Source of the DNA: a virus
DNA: 64,000 nt
Reading direction: 5' to 3' (one strand)
Virus record (IMG/VR): IMGVR_UViG_3300025769_000068
This document shows positions 1-10,400 of the stretch, one piece after another. The position numbers and the translations under genes are program-made. The notes below the pieces were generated by a model that was not told the DNA's origin, did not search any database, and saw only the letters and a list, made by a program, of their open reading frames with translations. Position 1 is the stretch's first letter. Every line of letters begins with the position of its first letter.

Positions 1-1
1 G

Positions 2-376
2 TATTTAGATTCTGCTAAAGCAATATCTGAATCAACTGAGGCCGTTCAATCTGCAACTGAATATACATTTTCAGAAACTCATCCTGATGTATCTTTTTAC
101 GGCCCAAATGGAGTTGTTGTTTCTGGAGACTATAGCTCGACAGATCCGGGTTATATTGAATACGATGGAAATGGATTTATTAAAAATAAAAATCAACTAG
201 CTTTTCCAACAGCTAATGTTAATTGGGGTTTTATTTCGGGAATTGTTATTACGGACAGCGAGTTTGTTGGTTCTGGAAATGTACTAATGTACTCAGAATT
301 ACAAAATCCTAGAAACATCTTTACAGGAGATAGTATTAAATTTGATACAAATTCTTTAGAAATTAGCTTAAAATAA
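2..376 (+). CDS. 5'-truncated small virion structural protein (widespread phage tail/fibre-associated family)
   Basis: Frame 2 is open from the window start to TAA at 374-376 (not in the ORF track). The C-terminus NQLAFPTANVNWGFISGIVITDSEFVGSGNVLMYSELQNPRNIFTGDSIKFDTNSLEISLK fits the N..FP.A...WG.I....I.D....GN.L....L...R....GD...F....L.I pattern of a common small phage structural protein. Confidence 0.7.
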   Translation, partial: YLDSAKAISESTEAVQSATEYTFSETHPDVSFYGPNGVVVSGDYSSTDPGYIEYDGNGFIKNKNQLAFPTANVNWGFISGIVITDSEFVGSGNVLMYSELQNPRNIFTGDSIKFDTNSLEISLK

Positions 377-393
377 CCTGAGAGAACCACCCA

Positions 394-3300
394 ATGACTA
401 TTGTTTCTAAAAATCAGTTAGTTAATAGTATAAATGCGGATATCAGTAATAATTCTAATCAAGAAATTTCTCCAGAAGATATTCGTCATAATCTAATAGA
501 TCTAGTTGATTCTGTTCATTTGTTGCTCGATAGTACAAAAGATATTACTATTGAAAAATTAACTTCTTCAAATTTTTATACGCCGTCTAATAGAAGTACT
601 ATAGTTGGCGAAGAAGCAATAAGTAAACTACATTTAGACAGCTATGTTACTAACGATAATACGGCTGTTGGATATGCTTCTCTTAAAAATAACTATCAAG
701 GCAGTGGTAATACTTCTGTAGGAACTTTTGCCCTTAGTTGTAATATATTTGGTGATAATAATTCTGCATTTGGTGTCAACAGTCTCAGTGCAAATACTAA
801 CGGCTTTGCAAATGTTGGCGTTGGCAATTATGCTTTAACAAGAAACAAAACTGGTGATTTTAATATAGCGATTGGTCATGGCGCTGGTTATTATTCAAAA
901 GATGAAAACTATAAATTATTTATTGCTAATCATCCAGCTAACGAAGAATATGTTTGCGATAATCCTCTTGGATCTGGTTTGACTCCTTTAATATACGGTA
1001 ATCTTTTAAATGAAGATCTCGTGCTTGGAGTTGGAACTAGAACTTTATATAGCCACTCTATTGGCGTTATTCAATCTAGCGGAGCTATTTCTCCAACTTT
1101 AGATAATACTTTTGATATTGGTCATAAAGATTATAAATGGCAAAATGTACATACTCAAAATATTGTTCTGGCTAGTGGAGCTATTATAACTAATCATACC
1201 TCTCATGATGTTATCAATGTTTCTGGAAATATTTCTCCTTTTGACAATAGAAAGTTTCATCTAGGTTCTTCTAACGCATATTTTGCTAGCGGCTATATTA
1301 GCCATCTGTTTACTGATGTTACTAATACAATATCAGATAATCATTACGAAGGTAAAGTTTTGTACGTAGCTTCTAGTGGAGATCCACCAGACGCTTATTT
1401 AACACCAGAACAACTTTCAGGTGGTGGTATAGTTGTTCGCGGCAGTGGTGAGGGTACTGACCAAAGTGTTGATTATGCATTTTTGTTTAGACCTAGCGGC
1501 GAGTCTTCAGTTCCTTTTTATTCTTTTGAAGATTACAATCATCTTTCTAGGTCTTTTTGGGAAAGCAATATTAGCTTGCACATTTCTTCTGGCAGTCATG
1601 TTCACACGCCAAGACTTTTAAATAGTGGCGAGCTTGACCTTGTAGTATATTCCCCTGATCAGCCAGAGTTTGGAATGTATTTAAATAGTGGAGCTTTATA
1701 TGTTACGTCTGATAGTGGTGGAATATTTGGAATAAATCCGGGTTCCAGCAGTGGCTTGCTAGCTGGAATGGGTAGCGTTAACATGCTGTCGCCTTCTGGA
1801 ATAAACGATAATTATTTTCTAACCGTTGGATCACTAGAAAGTGGAGTTACTGTTGGTCAAAGATTTATTACTGGAGCTAAACAAAGAGAAAAAGATGATG
1901 ATGGTCTTGATAAGTTAAATGGATTTACACATAAGTATATAGATGCTTCTAATACAATATACTCTGGCCCTAAAGTTGATAGATTTGTAATTTCATCTCA
2001 TGACAATTCTTCTTATGGTTTTAATAATCTAATACTTATGAAGAATCATAGTAATGGTGGAATTTTAGGAGTAAATAATTTCAGCGAAGGTGGTGACGCT
2101 GTAATACCACAGACATCTTTTAATGTTAGAACAAACCATAATGCTGCTGTTAGAATTACCGCTGAAAATGCTGGTCAAGTATCTTCAGCTCTACAGTTAT
2201 TAACAAACCTTAATTGTTTGTCTAGTGGTTTTGAGATTAAATATAACGGTGGAGCTAGTGGTGTTGCAGAGTTTAACATGTATGATGCTTCTGGCTTAAT
2301 AACCGCTGCAAAGATTACTAAAGATGGTAATTTTGGTATATTGTCTAGCGGCTCTCTTAATCGTCATCTAACTGTCGGTGATGATGGCTCGCCCAACGCC
2401 GTAATAGCTATTCATATTGTAAGTGGATTGCATCCATCTTTTAGCGCAATACCAAATCATAGTCAGATATACTCCAAAGAAATGCCTAGTGGAACTCCTA
2501 CAAATATTGGTCAGACTTTAAGAACGTTTACAATGGATGGCGATGGCAATGAATTAAACATGACCAGAAATGTTTTTCTTCATGGTGATGGTTTAGTTTA
2601 TCAAGACGGTAGATTTAATACTTTTGCTGGCTTATCATCTACTTTAGATAGACAGCATTTAAATACTGCTTTTCATAATACAGGTTATGGTAATGGAGCT
2701 TTAGCATTAAATACTTCTGGTAACTATAACACTGCACTTGGTTCTCTTGCTCTTAGTGGCGTTGTTGAAAGTAATTATAATATTGCAATTGGCTATGGCG
2801 CTGGCGCATCTTCTAGTGGTAACTATAATCTTTTAATAGGGAACTCATTAAACGCTGTTGATGGTGAAAGTTATAAATTTAAACTTGGGGCTAATAGTAG
2901 CAACGTATTGATGAGTGGTTGTACTGGACCACTAAGTTCAGATAGAGTTTTATTCTTACCAAATGGAAAATTATCTGTACAAGAAGATAACAACAAAAGC
3001 TTATATCTATCTAATAACTTAATTAAAGTAATTAATCACAGTTCTGCAACTCAGTTACCTCCAGATTCCCTTAGTTTAGATTTTTCTCATTCTGTTAGTG
3101 GAGCAAGATTAGTTGAGTTTAATCATGCCGCACTTCCTATGAGCGGGTTCAAAGGCTTTGGCGTTTCCAACCCAAACTATACTGAACCTAATATGGAGAG
3201 ACCTTATGTTGGAGTTTCTGGCGATATTAAGCTATTGGGAGCAATCAGATTTAGTAACGGCGATTCTTTAGAAAGCACAGAAGATATCACTAATCTTTCT

Positions 3301-3591
3301 GAAAGTGGCGCTTTTGTTAGTGGAGTTGTATTTTCTACGCTTCCAAAATTTAGAGAAGGTTTTATGATAGATAATGTTGGGACAGCTCCTTTGTTTACTA
3401 GTCCAACTAGTGGTTTCATGACAGTGTATGATCAAAATGGATCAACATCAGAAGGGGTATTTATTACTAATAGAGATAAACACTCTAGTCTTACAAGTGG
3501 TGATTATATAGTGGCGATTAACATTAACAACGAGTTTAGACCATTATGGATTAATAACGAAGATTTAGCTTGTAACACATGCTGTAAATAA
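394..3591 (+). CDS. Fibre/appendage protein with trimeric beta-roll-type N.A.G..AL..N repeats; Ser-Gly rich
   Basis: 1065 aa ORF with two blocks of NTAVGYASLKNN/NTALGSLAL repeats and ISP..DN.F.(I/L)G fibre motifs. The N-terminal ~40 aa are paralogous to the 29466 ORF. It ends in CNTCCK. Confidence 0.7.
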   Translation: MTIVSKNQLVNSINADISNNSNQEISPEDIRHNLIDLVDSVHLLLDSTKDITIEKLTSSNFYTPSNRSTIVGEEAISKLHLDSYVTNDNTAVGYASLKNNYQGSGNTSVGTFALSCNIFGDNNSAFGVNSLSANTNGFANVGVGNYALTRNKTGDFNIAIGHGAGYYSKDENYKLFIANHPANEEYVCDNPLGSGLTPLIYGNLLNEDLVLGVGTRTLYSHSIGVIQSSGAISPTLDNTFDIGHKDYKWQNVHTQNIVLASGAIITNHTSHDVINVSGNISPFDNRKFHLGSSNAYFASGYISHLFTDVTNTISDNHYEGKVLYVASSGDPPDAYLTPEQLSGGGIVVRGSGEGTDQSVDYAFLFRPSGESSVPFYSFEDYNHLSRSFWESNISLHISSGSHVHTPRLLNSGELDLVVYSPDQPEFGMYLNSGALYVTSDSGGIFGINPGSSSGLLAGMGSVNMLSPSGINDNYFLTVGSLESGVTVGQRFITGAKQREKDDDGLDKLNGFTHKYIDASNTIYSGPKVDRFVISSHDNSSYGFNNLILMKNHSNGGILGVNNFSEGGDAVIPQTSFNVRTNHNAAVRITAENAGQVSSALQLLTNLNCLSSGFEIKYNGGASGVAEFNMYDASGLITAAKITKDGNFGILSSGSLNRHLTVGDDGSPNAVIAIHIVSGLHPSFSAIPNHSQIYSKEMPSGTPTNIGQTLRTFTMDGDGNELNMTRNVFLHGDGLVYQDGRFNTFAGLSSTLDRQHLNTAFHNTGYGNGALALNTSGNYNTALGSLALSGVVESNYNIAIGYGAGASSSGNYNLLIGNSLNAVDGESYKFKLGANSSNVLMSGCTGPLSSDRVLFLPNGKLSVQEDNNKSLYLSNNLIKVINHSSATQLPPDSLSLDFSHSVSGARLVEFNHAALPMSGFKGFGVSNPNYTEPNMERPYVGVSGDIKLLGAIRFSNGDSLESTEDITNLSESGAFVSGVVFSTLPKFREGFMIDNVGTAPLFTSPTSGFMTVYDQNGSTSEGVFITNRDKHSSLTSGDYIVAININNEFRPLWINNEDLACNTCCK

Positions 3592-3609
3592 TAATATGGG
3601 GTTCATAGG

Positions 3610-5583
3610 ATGGCAAGAGGAAGAAGAACCAGATGCGATAAGCCTAGCAGCCCATTCGTAGATTATATTCCAGATGGTGTAGGAACCTCTACAACTACTT
3701 CTACTACGCAAACACCATTTATCTTTATACCAGAAAGTGGAGTTACTTGTCCCGTTTCTACAACTGAGTCGCAAACCGTTCTTGTTCCTTCTGTTAGCTT
3801 GCCCATATTGGGGGGCATCGGTGGTTTTTCGACAAACACAAGCACAGTCGAAGCAAGAGAAATTGAAGTTTTAAAATGTCTTTGCGGATCTATGTTTTTC
3901 CCAAAAGGTTCTGAAAGCTCTCTTATAGTTAATAGTACCCACGCTCTTGACCTACAGCATACTGAGGACGTACTAGTTGCTAGCGAACAAGAATTTAATA
4001 CTAAATCAAGTGTGTTAACTAGTGGTAGCGATGTTTTTCTTAGCGCTCTTACTGTTAAATTTGCAGATAAATATCTTACAAATAAAATTACTGTAGATGG
4101 TGCAATTAAAATTATAATAAAAACAGAAGAAGGTAAAGTAGTAGCTACTAAGTATATAAATGATTATACAGAGAAAACAATTTTAGATAATGGTGTTATA
4201 CAGTTCTCTTCTAGTAATATACATAAAAAAGTCAAACTTAATAATAAGTTTTTAAGATTAGAAGTAAAGAGTATATGCGATAGAACCTCTGTTCCTGCAT
4301 GTGATTTTCTTCCCACTGTTTTTTCTGTTGAGCCTATTTGTGATAATATATGTTCTGAGATTGTAGAAGAGTATATGAGATGTTTACCAGTTGGCGATAC
4401 ATTTATACCGTGTGAAGATAGAACCACAACAACCACCACAGCCACTCCAACAACAACAACAACTGAGCCACCCGATCCACCCACTACCACAACGACCACC
4501 ACAACCACAACGACCACCACCACCACCACCACTACCACTACGACAACCACAACCTCAACCACTTGTCCACCTTTCGTTCCACCCGTTATGGATTGCGATA
4601 CCACTTGCGGTTATGCTGGAAATCATGACGTAAGAACTATTTACAACGATGATGGTTGCCCAATAGGATCAGAGTGCGTATGTGAGGTAACTACGACTAC
4701 CACAACAACTCTGTGTCCAGATATTCAAAGTGCTGGGCCACCTGTTACTATTAGATTTGGAACATACACTATTCCCGATGAATTAGAAGTATTTGATGTG
4801 TGCCAATCTCCCGAAGTGTCGCTTTTGAACACTGGAAAAATTAGCACTGGAACGGCAGCTAGCCCCGGAACTGGTTATCCCAGCGGTTGGTTTGAAACCA
4901 CACTTAACAACTGTCCAGAATGTCTTAAATTCTGTGTAACAGCTGATCTTTCTGGAACACTGTGGTGGATTGAAGTTGATGACAGCAATGGTGGTACAGT
5001 GCTTAGTTTAGCTGGTGGTCAGAATAGTAGTGATGGCGTTTGCTATGGACAAACTTGTAGCATACCCGCATTTAGTTTTTCCGACACAGAGACATATGGA
5101 CAGTTTGGAGGAAATGCAGCTAGTTACACCACTAGCTTAAGCCTTAGCAGTACTATTACAAGACCTTTTGGGACTGCTACTGATAGTCTTTTTACATATA
5201 AATCCGCTGCTCACGAAAATGAGGTAGCAGGCTTTGGGCCAACTTGTGCTTTGATGGTAGAAACCGCTAGTGATGATAATTACGACACTGATGAGTACGG
5301 AGCAAAAAATGCGGGTGCAGCAGTGTTTATTATTTGCAGTGGTGGCAGATATTGGGACTTTTCATCTCATGTTAACTATAATGATTTTACGGTTAATTAT
5401 GAAGTACTTGATGAAGATACTGGTGAGTTTAGTTTTAATAGTGAAACTTATAACTACAAAAGCTGGACTGCTTGTATTGAATATGATGTCAATGGCGCAT
5501 CAACTTATCCAAACTGTGTTGGAAAAACTCAAACACTATATTACAATACTCCAAAGCCAGCTTTCCCTACACCAAATAATTAG
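3610..5583 (+). CDS. Cys-rich virion surface protein with long poly-Thr linkers
   Basis: 657 aa ORF with many Cys and Thr tracts at about 3688, 4423-4563 and 4690-4710. Confidence 0.6.
   Translation: MARGRRTRCDKPSSPFVDYIPDGVGTSTTTSTTQTPFIFIPESGVTCPVSTTESQTVLVPSVSLPILGGIGGFSTNTSTVEAREIEVLKCLCGSMFFPKGSESSLIVNSTHALDLQHTEDVLVASEQEFNTKSSVLTSGSDVFLSALTVKFADKYLTNKITVDGAIKIIIKTEEGKVVATKYINDYTEKTILDNGVIQFSSSNIHKKVKLNNKFLRLEVKSICDRTSVPACDFLPTVFSVEPICDNICSEIVEEYMRCLPVGDTFIPCEDRTTTTTTATPTTTTTEPPDPPTTTTTTTTTTTTTTTTTTTTTTTTSTTCPPFVPPVMDCDTTCGYAGNHDVRTIYNDDGCPIGSECVCEVTTTTTTTLCPDIQSAGPPVTIRFGTYTIPDELEVFDVCQSPEVSLLNTGKISTGTAASPGTGYPSGWFETTLNNCPECLKFCVTADLSGTLWWIEVDDSNGGTVLSLAGGQNSSDGVCYGQTCSIPAFSFSDTETYGQFGGNAASYTTSLSLSSTITRPFGTATDSLFTYKSAAHENEVAGFGPTCALMVETASDDNYDTDEYGAKNAGAAVFIICSGGRYWDFSSHVNYNDFTVNYEVLDEDTGEFSFNSETYNYKSWTACIEYDVNGASTYPNCVGKTQTLYYNTPKPAFPTPNN
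4423..4563 (+). repeat. Poly-Thr (ACN)n tract
   Basis: Mixed ACA/ACC/ACG/ACT codons interrupted by EPPDPP. Confidence 0.9.
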
Positions 5584-5591
5584 GATTTAAA

Positions 5592-7454
5592 ATGTTAGAA
5601 GTCGCAAAAATAAAAATATCTAATAATCTACAAGGCGTTTTTAATTTAACGCTTGAGGGGGAATACGCTTCTTACTTTCAAGTTCAAGGCACTACTTTGT
5701 TTATGATAAAACCCATAGAAGACATTGGTACGTATGCTGTTACTGTTGTGGTAGAAGATCCTTTGGGTAGGTTTGAAACGCTAAGAGCAGATTATGTTTT
5801 TAATATAGGATGTTGTCCAATTGTTACTCGCACAACAACAACAACTCCTGCTCCATCATCTGCACCAACCGCGCCTGCACCTTTACCAACTGAAGATGCT
5901 CCCGAGGATCTTTCAACAGCTAGAATACTTGGCATTATGGAAGGATTACCAGATATTAAGAGATATGCAATGAGGAGTGACACGAACCGATATTCACAGT
6001 ACTACGAAAGTTCTAATTATAAAACTCTTAGTTTAAATATATTTACTCGTGTTAAAAATTATGATTCTATTTTTACGTATCCAGACGGAACTACATTCAT
6101 ACGTGAAGGTACAATTAATAATTATGTTAGTCCAGACGGGATTATGCATCAAATTAGTTCGTCACTTTACCCACTCGATATTGCTCGCCCCACCAATATA
6201 CAATTTGACCCAAATATAAAATTTGATTATCCCGGTTTGTTTGACGGAATGCAATTTAACATTGGCGATAGAGAATTTTTATATGTTATTGATGAAGATG
6301 GGTTTAGCGGTCCTGAAGATCTAACCTCACTTCAAACTTACCGTTTTATAATTCACGATTTTGTAAAAACAATTCTTTCTTCTGGATATACAGGGCCATT
6401 TGATGTAAATACAACGGGAAGGTCTCGACCAGAGTTATTTCAAAGGATGTTTAATGAGAATACTTCAACCAACATCGCTAGACTTCGTTCTTTTTATCAT
6501 CTGGTTTATAATCAATACAGAAATACTTCAAGTAGTCGTGCTTTAGATGGTTTACTTTCTAGAGTCTTCTACCATCCTGATGACAGGGAAGAAGAACGTT
6601 GGGACAGGTGGATGTTCAATAGTAATTATCCTAGCCAAAGAAATTGGTACAATAGAACTTCAGACATAAATAGAATTATTGAGTATTATGGAAATATATT
6701 CGGGCTAGAATATCTTTATTTAGACAGTAAATATAGAGATTCGTACCTGTATCCCGATGAGACTCGTTATGAAATTCAGAATTTTAGTACAGGATTCAGT
6801 ATAGAGTATTATAAAGAAAAATTCCACATCGTCGCTGTTCTTTACGAGATACCTGAATCTCTTTACGATAGAGAAACAAGATCTCGAATATACAGTATTT
6901 TTCCACAATTAATTGTACATTCGCAACAGTATAATCCAACTACAGGCACTACTAAAACAGTCAATCCCAATGCTAATTTTTCTGGTAGAGGAGTTGATGC
7001 TCAGGCATTTAGACCTTTAGTTAATGATGTTAGAATTAGAGCTGCGGGTAGTCCGTGGAACGAGCTTGTTTCTCCCGGTAATATAGCCCTAATTGCTTAT
7101 TTTAGAATAGATGATGATCTTGTAAAAAATGAGAAAAATGTCAACTTTTTTCCCAACACTGTTGGTCCAGTTAGAGATAGGCCGCAGGAAGAGCAGAATC
7201 TAGTTTTAGAAGCTCGATTATTTAATGGTAGTAGAAATGATGCTATCAGGTTTCTTAATGATGGTGTGCTTGATCGTCGTTTTGCTGAAAGTTTTGTTTA
7301 TTCAGAATTATGTGGCGCTACGGGGTATAATAGTGTAGATAGTGTAACAGCACCAACGCCTACCACCACTGATCCTCCTGTAGCAGAAGATCCAGAAGTT
7401 CCAGAAGAAGAGATCGAAGTATTTAAAATGGGAAATCTTAATATAGAGAATTAA
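5592..7454 (+). CDS. Virion surface protein with N-terminal cadherin/Ig-like domain and Thr/Pro linkers
   Basis: 620 aa ORF. The N-terminus FNLTLEGEYASYFQVQGTTLF...GTYAVTVVVEDP resembles cadherin-like beta-sandwiches and is followed by GCCP..TTTTTP. Confidence 0.5.
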   Translation: MLEVAKIKISNNLQGVFNLTLEGEYASYFQVQGTTLFMIKPIEDIGTYAVTVVVEDPLGRFETLRADYVFNIGCCPIVTRTTTTTPAPSSAPTAPAPLPTEDAPEDLSTARILGIMEGLPDIKRYAMRSDTNRYSQYYESSNYKTLSLNIFTRVKNYDSIFTYPDGTTFIREGTINNYVSPDGIMHQISSSLYPLDIARPTNIQFDPNIKFDYPGLFDGMQFNIGDREFLYVIDEDGFSGPEDLTSLQTYRFIIHDFVKTILSSGYTGPFDVNTTGRSRPELFQRMFNENTSTNIARLRSFYHLVYNQYRNTSSSRALDGLLSRVFYHPDDREEERWDRWMFNSNYPSQRNWYNRTSDINRIIEYYGNIFGLEYLYLDSKYRDSYLYPDETRYEIQNFSTGFSIEYYKEKFHIVAVLYEIPESLYDRETRSRIYSIFPQLIVHSQQYNPTTGTTKTVNPNANFSGRGVDAQAFRPLVNDVRIRAAGSPWNELVSPGNIALIAYFRIDDDLVKNEKNVNFFPNTVGPVRDRPQEEQNLVLEARLFNGSRNDAIRFLNDGVLDRRFAESFVYSELCGATGYNSVDSVTAPTPTTTDPPVAEDPEVPEEEIEVFKMGNLNIEN

Positions 7455-7455
7455 T

Positions 7456-10400
7456 ATGGCCTATAATTTTACAGATAAATATCCAGACATTGCGGACGTT
7501 GATCTAATATTGTCTCATCAATTGGTTGAGCAAATTTTCCGTTTGCACAGTACTCAATTTGAGGGGTCTCGCGCTGTTATTGTAGATGATGAAGTAGAAT
7601 TTGAAATGGTTAATACCATACCAGATTCCTTAAGAGCAATAAGCAACAGTAGGATACTGGTTAGATATGTTTGGACTCCAGACGAAACCACCTCTGAAAG
7701 ATTTACATATGATTTAGCAGAAATGGAATTGCCACCTATTGTGCCACATTCTTTTTCCTCATTTGCTATGAATCCAGAAAATGAGTATAAATTTAGTACT
7801 CCTTTAGTTGCTACAGCTATAGATGGATCTAGTCAATATTTAAGACATGGCTATGGATATTATAGATTTGAGTTTGCGTTTCTTGGCGGTACAAGTGTTG
7901 GCTCTTCTAGTCCAGCTCGTGGAGATCTAAGTGATTACATTAGTACAGATTTCTTTAAAGTAGAAGATGGTTTTGAAAAATCTAATTTTCAATTAGAACA
8001 AGCGGAATATCCATATCCAACTACGACCACAACAACCTTATCTCCTATAGTATCATATCCTGCTCCTGTAATTTTAAATGTAGGAACTTTAGAGTTTACT
8101 CAATTCAATGTTTTGCATTCCAAGTTACTTGACGGTACAGAGGATTATAAAGGTGCAGATATAATTAAGGGGAAATCTGAAGCTGGAGTAGTAAGTGAAT
8201 ATTATTACGATAATGATATAAAGTCTGAAAAAGTAATAGGAATTTTAACACCTCAAGAAAATGAATGTGATTTTTTAAGAAACCCTAATTCAGACGATAA
8301 CTCTACTTATCTCAGATCGGCTCAAGACTTTACTTCCACTGAATTTTATTTACACGCAAAGATACCTGATTTTTCAAGAGTACTAAGTAAGATAAAAGAA
8401 CAAAGTTTTCCAAATGCAAATATTTATGTAGATGTTGAAGCCAATACTCATGAAGACGCTACATTTAGAAAAATAGAAACTTATACAATTAATATAAACA
8501 ACGCTCCTAATGTTGAAGAAAAATTTTTCACACTTAGATTAGATCATATCATTAATCACGAAAGTTTAATTTTTAATGAAGTTTCTTTTAGGTTATTATT
8601 GCGAGATGAAGAAAGCTTTTTAGTAGATTCATTTTATTCTAATGATTTTTCTTCTAATAAGTTATGCAATGCAGGGTTTTTCGGAGAAGTTACCACGACA
8701 ACGACAACCTCTACGACAACTACTACGACTACCACAGCAGCACCAACGCCTATTGATAGCGTCACATTTTCACAAGCTGGTAACGACTTAATACCTTATT
8801 TGCCAGTTGGTTCTGAACCTAATATTGGTAAGTTTGGATTTGCTGTTTCTATTAACAGTGTAGGAAATATCGTAGCAGTTTCTAATCCATACCATAATGG
8901 ATTTAATCAAGGTGATGAGAAGCATGGTTCAGTACATGTATATATGTGGAATGGTTTCGATTGGTATCCATTTGGAGAGTTTTTCGGCAATCAAAGCACT
9001 ACTTTTGGTAAGTCTATTACTTTGAGCGCCGATGGATTTTTGCTAGCTATTAGTGATGAAAATTATGTACGCATATATAGGTATGATACAGAAATTAATA
9101 CTTGGGTTGTTTTAAATTCAATAGAAGTTGAAGAACAAGGTGGAAACAAACATGTTGATGTTTTACATGTTGAGTTTGATGTTTCCGAAGGCAGTACATT
9201 AGCTGTTTCTTACTCAGTCGAAGACTCTTCTACTTATCCTAGACAGTCTGTTTCTAAATTATCTATATATAGAGATAATGGTGAAGGGTACAGTAAACTA
9301 ATAGATAATTTTACAAATGAGTTATCTACTTCAATTTCTGACATAAACAACATATTTGTATGTAGTAATTCTATTAATCAAATTGATACAAACTTAGAAA
9401 ATAATTTTAGACAACTAGGTAATACATTTAACTTTAAAGCTTACGATACGGCATCAGATATTGATGGCAATATAGTTGCTTTTCTTTTACCACAAAATCA
9501 AGCCGTTGACGGCTGGCCTTTTCCACATGGCGGTCTTTTAGCAATTAAAGCTTTTAGAAGAATAAATGTTAGATATGAACAGCTAGGTTCTGATATTCTA
9601 ATAGATACTACTGATAATTATTTAAGAAATAATCCTAATCTTGAACTTGTAGGAGCTAGAGGCAAGATACAATCTAGTGATTTGATTAAGATTAGTGAAG
9701 AGGGTTTATTTTTAATTGTTAGAACTTTACATAGTACTGATCAAACACAAGCTGGAAAATTTGGTTCAATTAGCGTATACCAATACGATGAAGGAATAAG
9801 AGATTGGGTGGTATCAAAAAATGTAATAAGATTAGATGATTCTGAAGATTATACAGGTTTAAATTTTGGTCAAAGTTTTGACATGACTAACAGCGCCAAT
9901 GTTATTGTTGCTGGTAGTAATAATACAGTTGATGGACAGCAAGGTATTTGCAGGGTTTACACAAAGAATGGGTTTAGGATACCAGTAGTATTTAATGTTC
10001 CGGGTATTTTTCCTGAGCATATGCCTACCACTACAACGACAACTACGCCTGTGCCAACAACTACCACAACTACCACAACTACTACTACCACTACTACAAC
10101 TACAACTGTAGCACCTGTTAGGACAATTACATTTTTACCTGCAAGATCTATAAAAACAGTTAACACTCTTATCAGTGGTGCTGATGTTACAGGTGGGATA
10201 GTACCGGCGTATGCGCCATTTAGTAGAGTAATTCCACAGCACTTTCTCGATAAGGTTAGAGAAGGGAATGTAACTCCAAGGATTTATTCTACTCACGGAC
10301 AGCATTATTATTACCAAGACGACGTTAATCTCCATGTAGTAACTCATGGTGCCACTCGGTATGTGGCGGGTATGCCACACGGTTATAAATGGATTGATGA

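Noticed and set aside
4164-4604. Minus-strand poly-Val ORF (also 9957-10166 and 14011-14265)
   Set aside because: These are antisense shadows of the poly-Thr tracts in long + strand genes.
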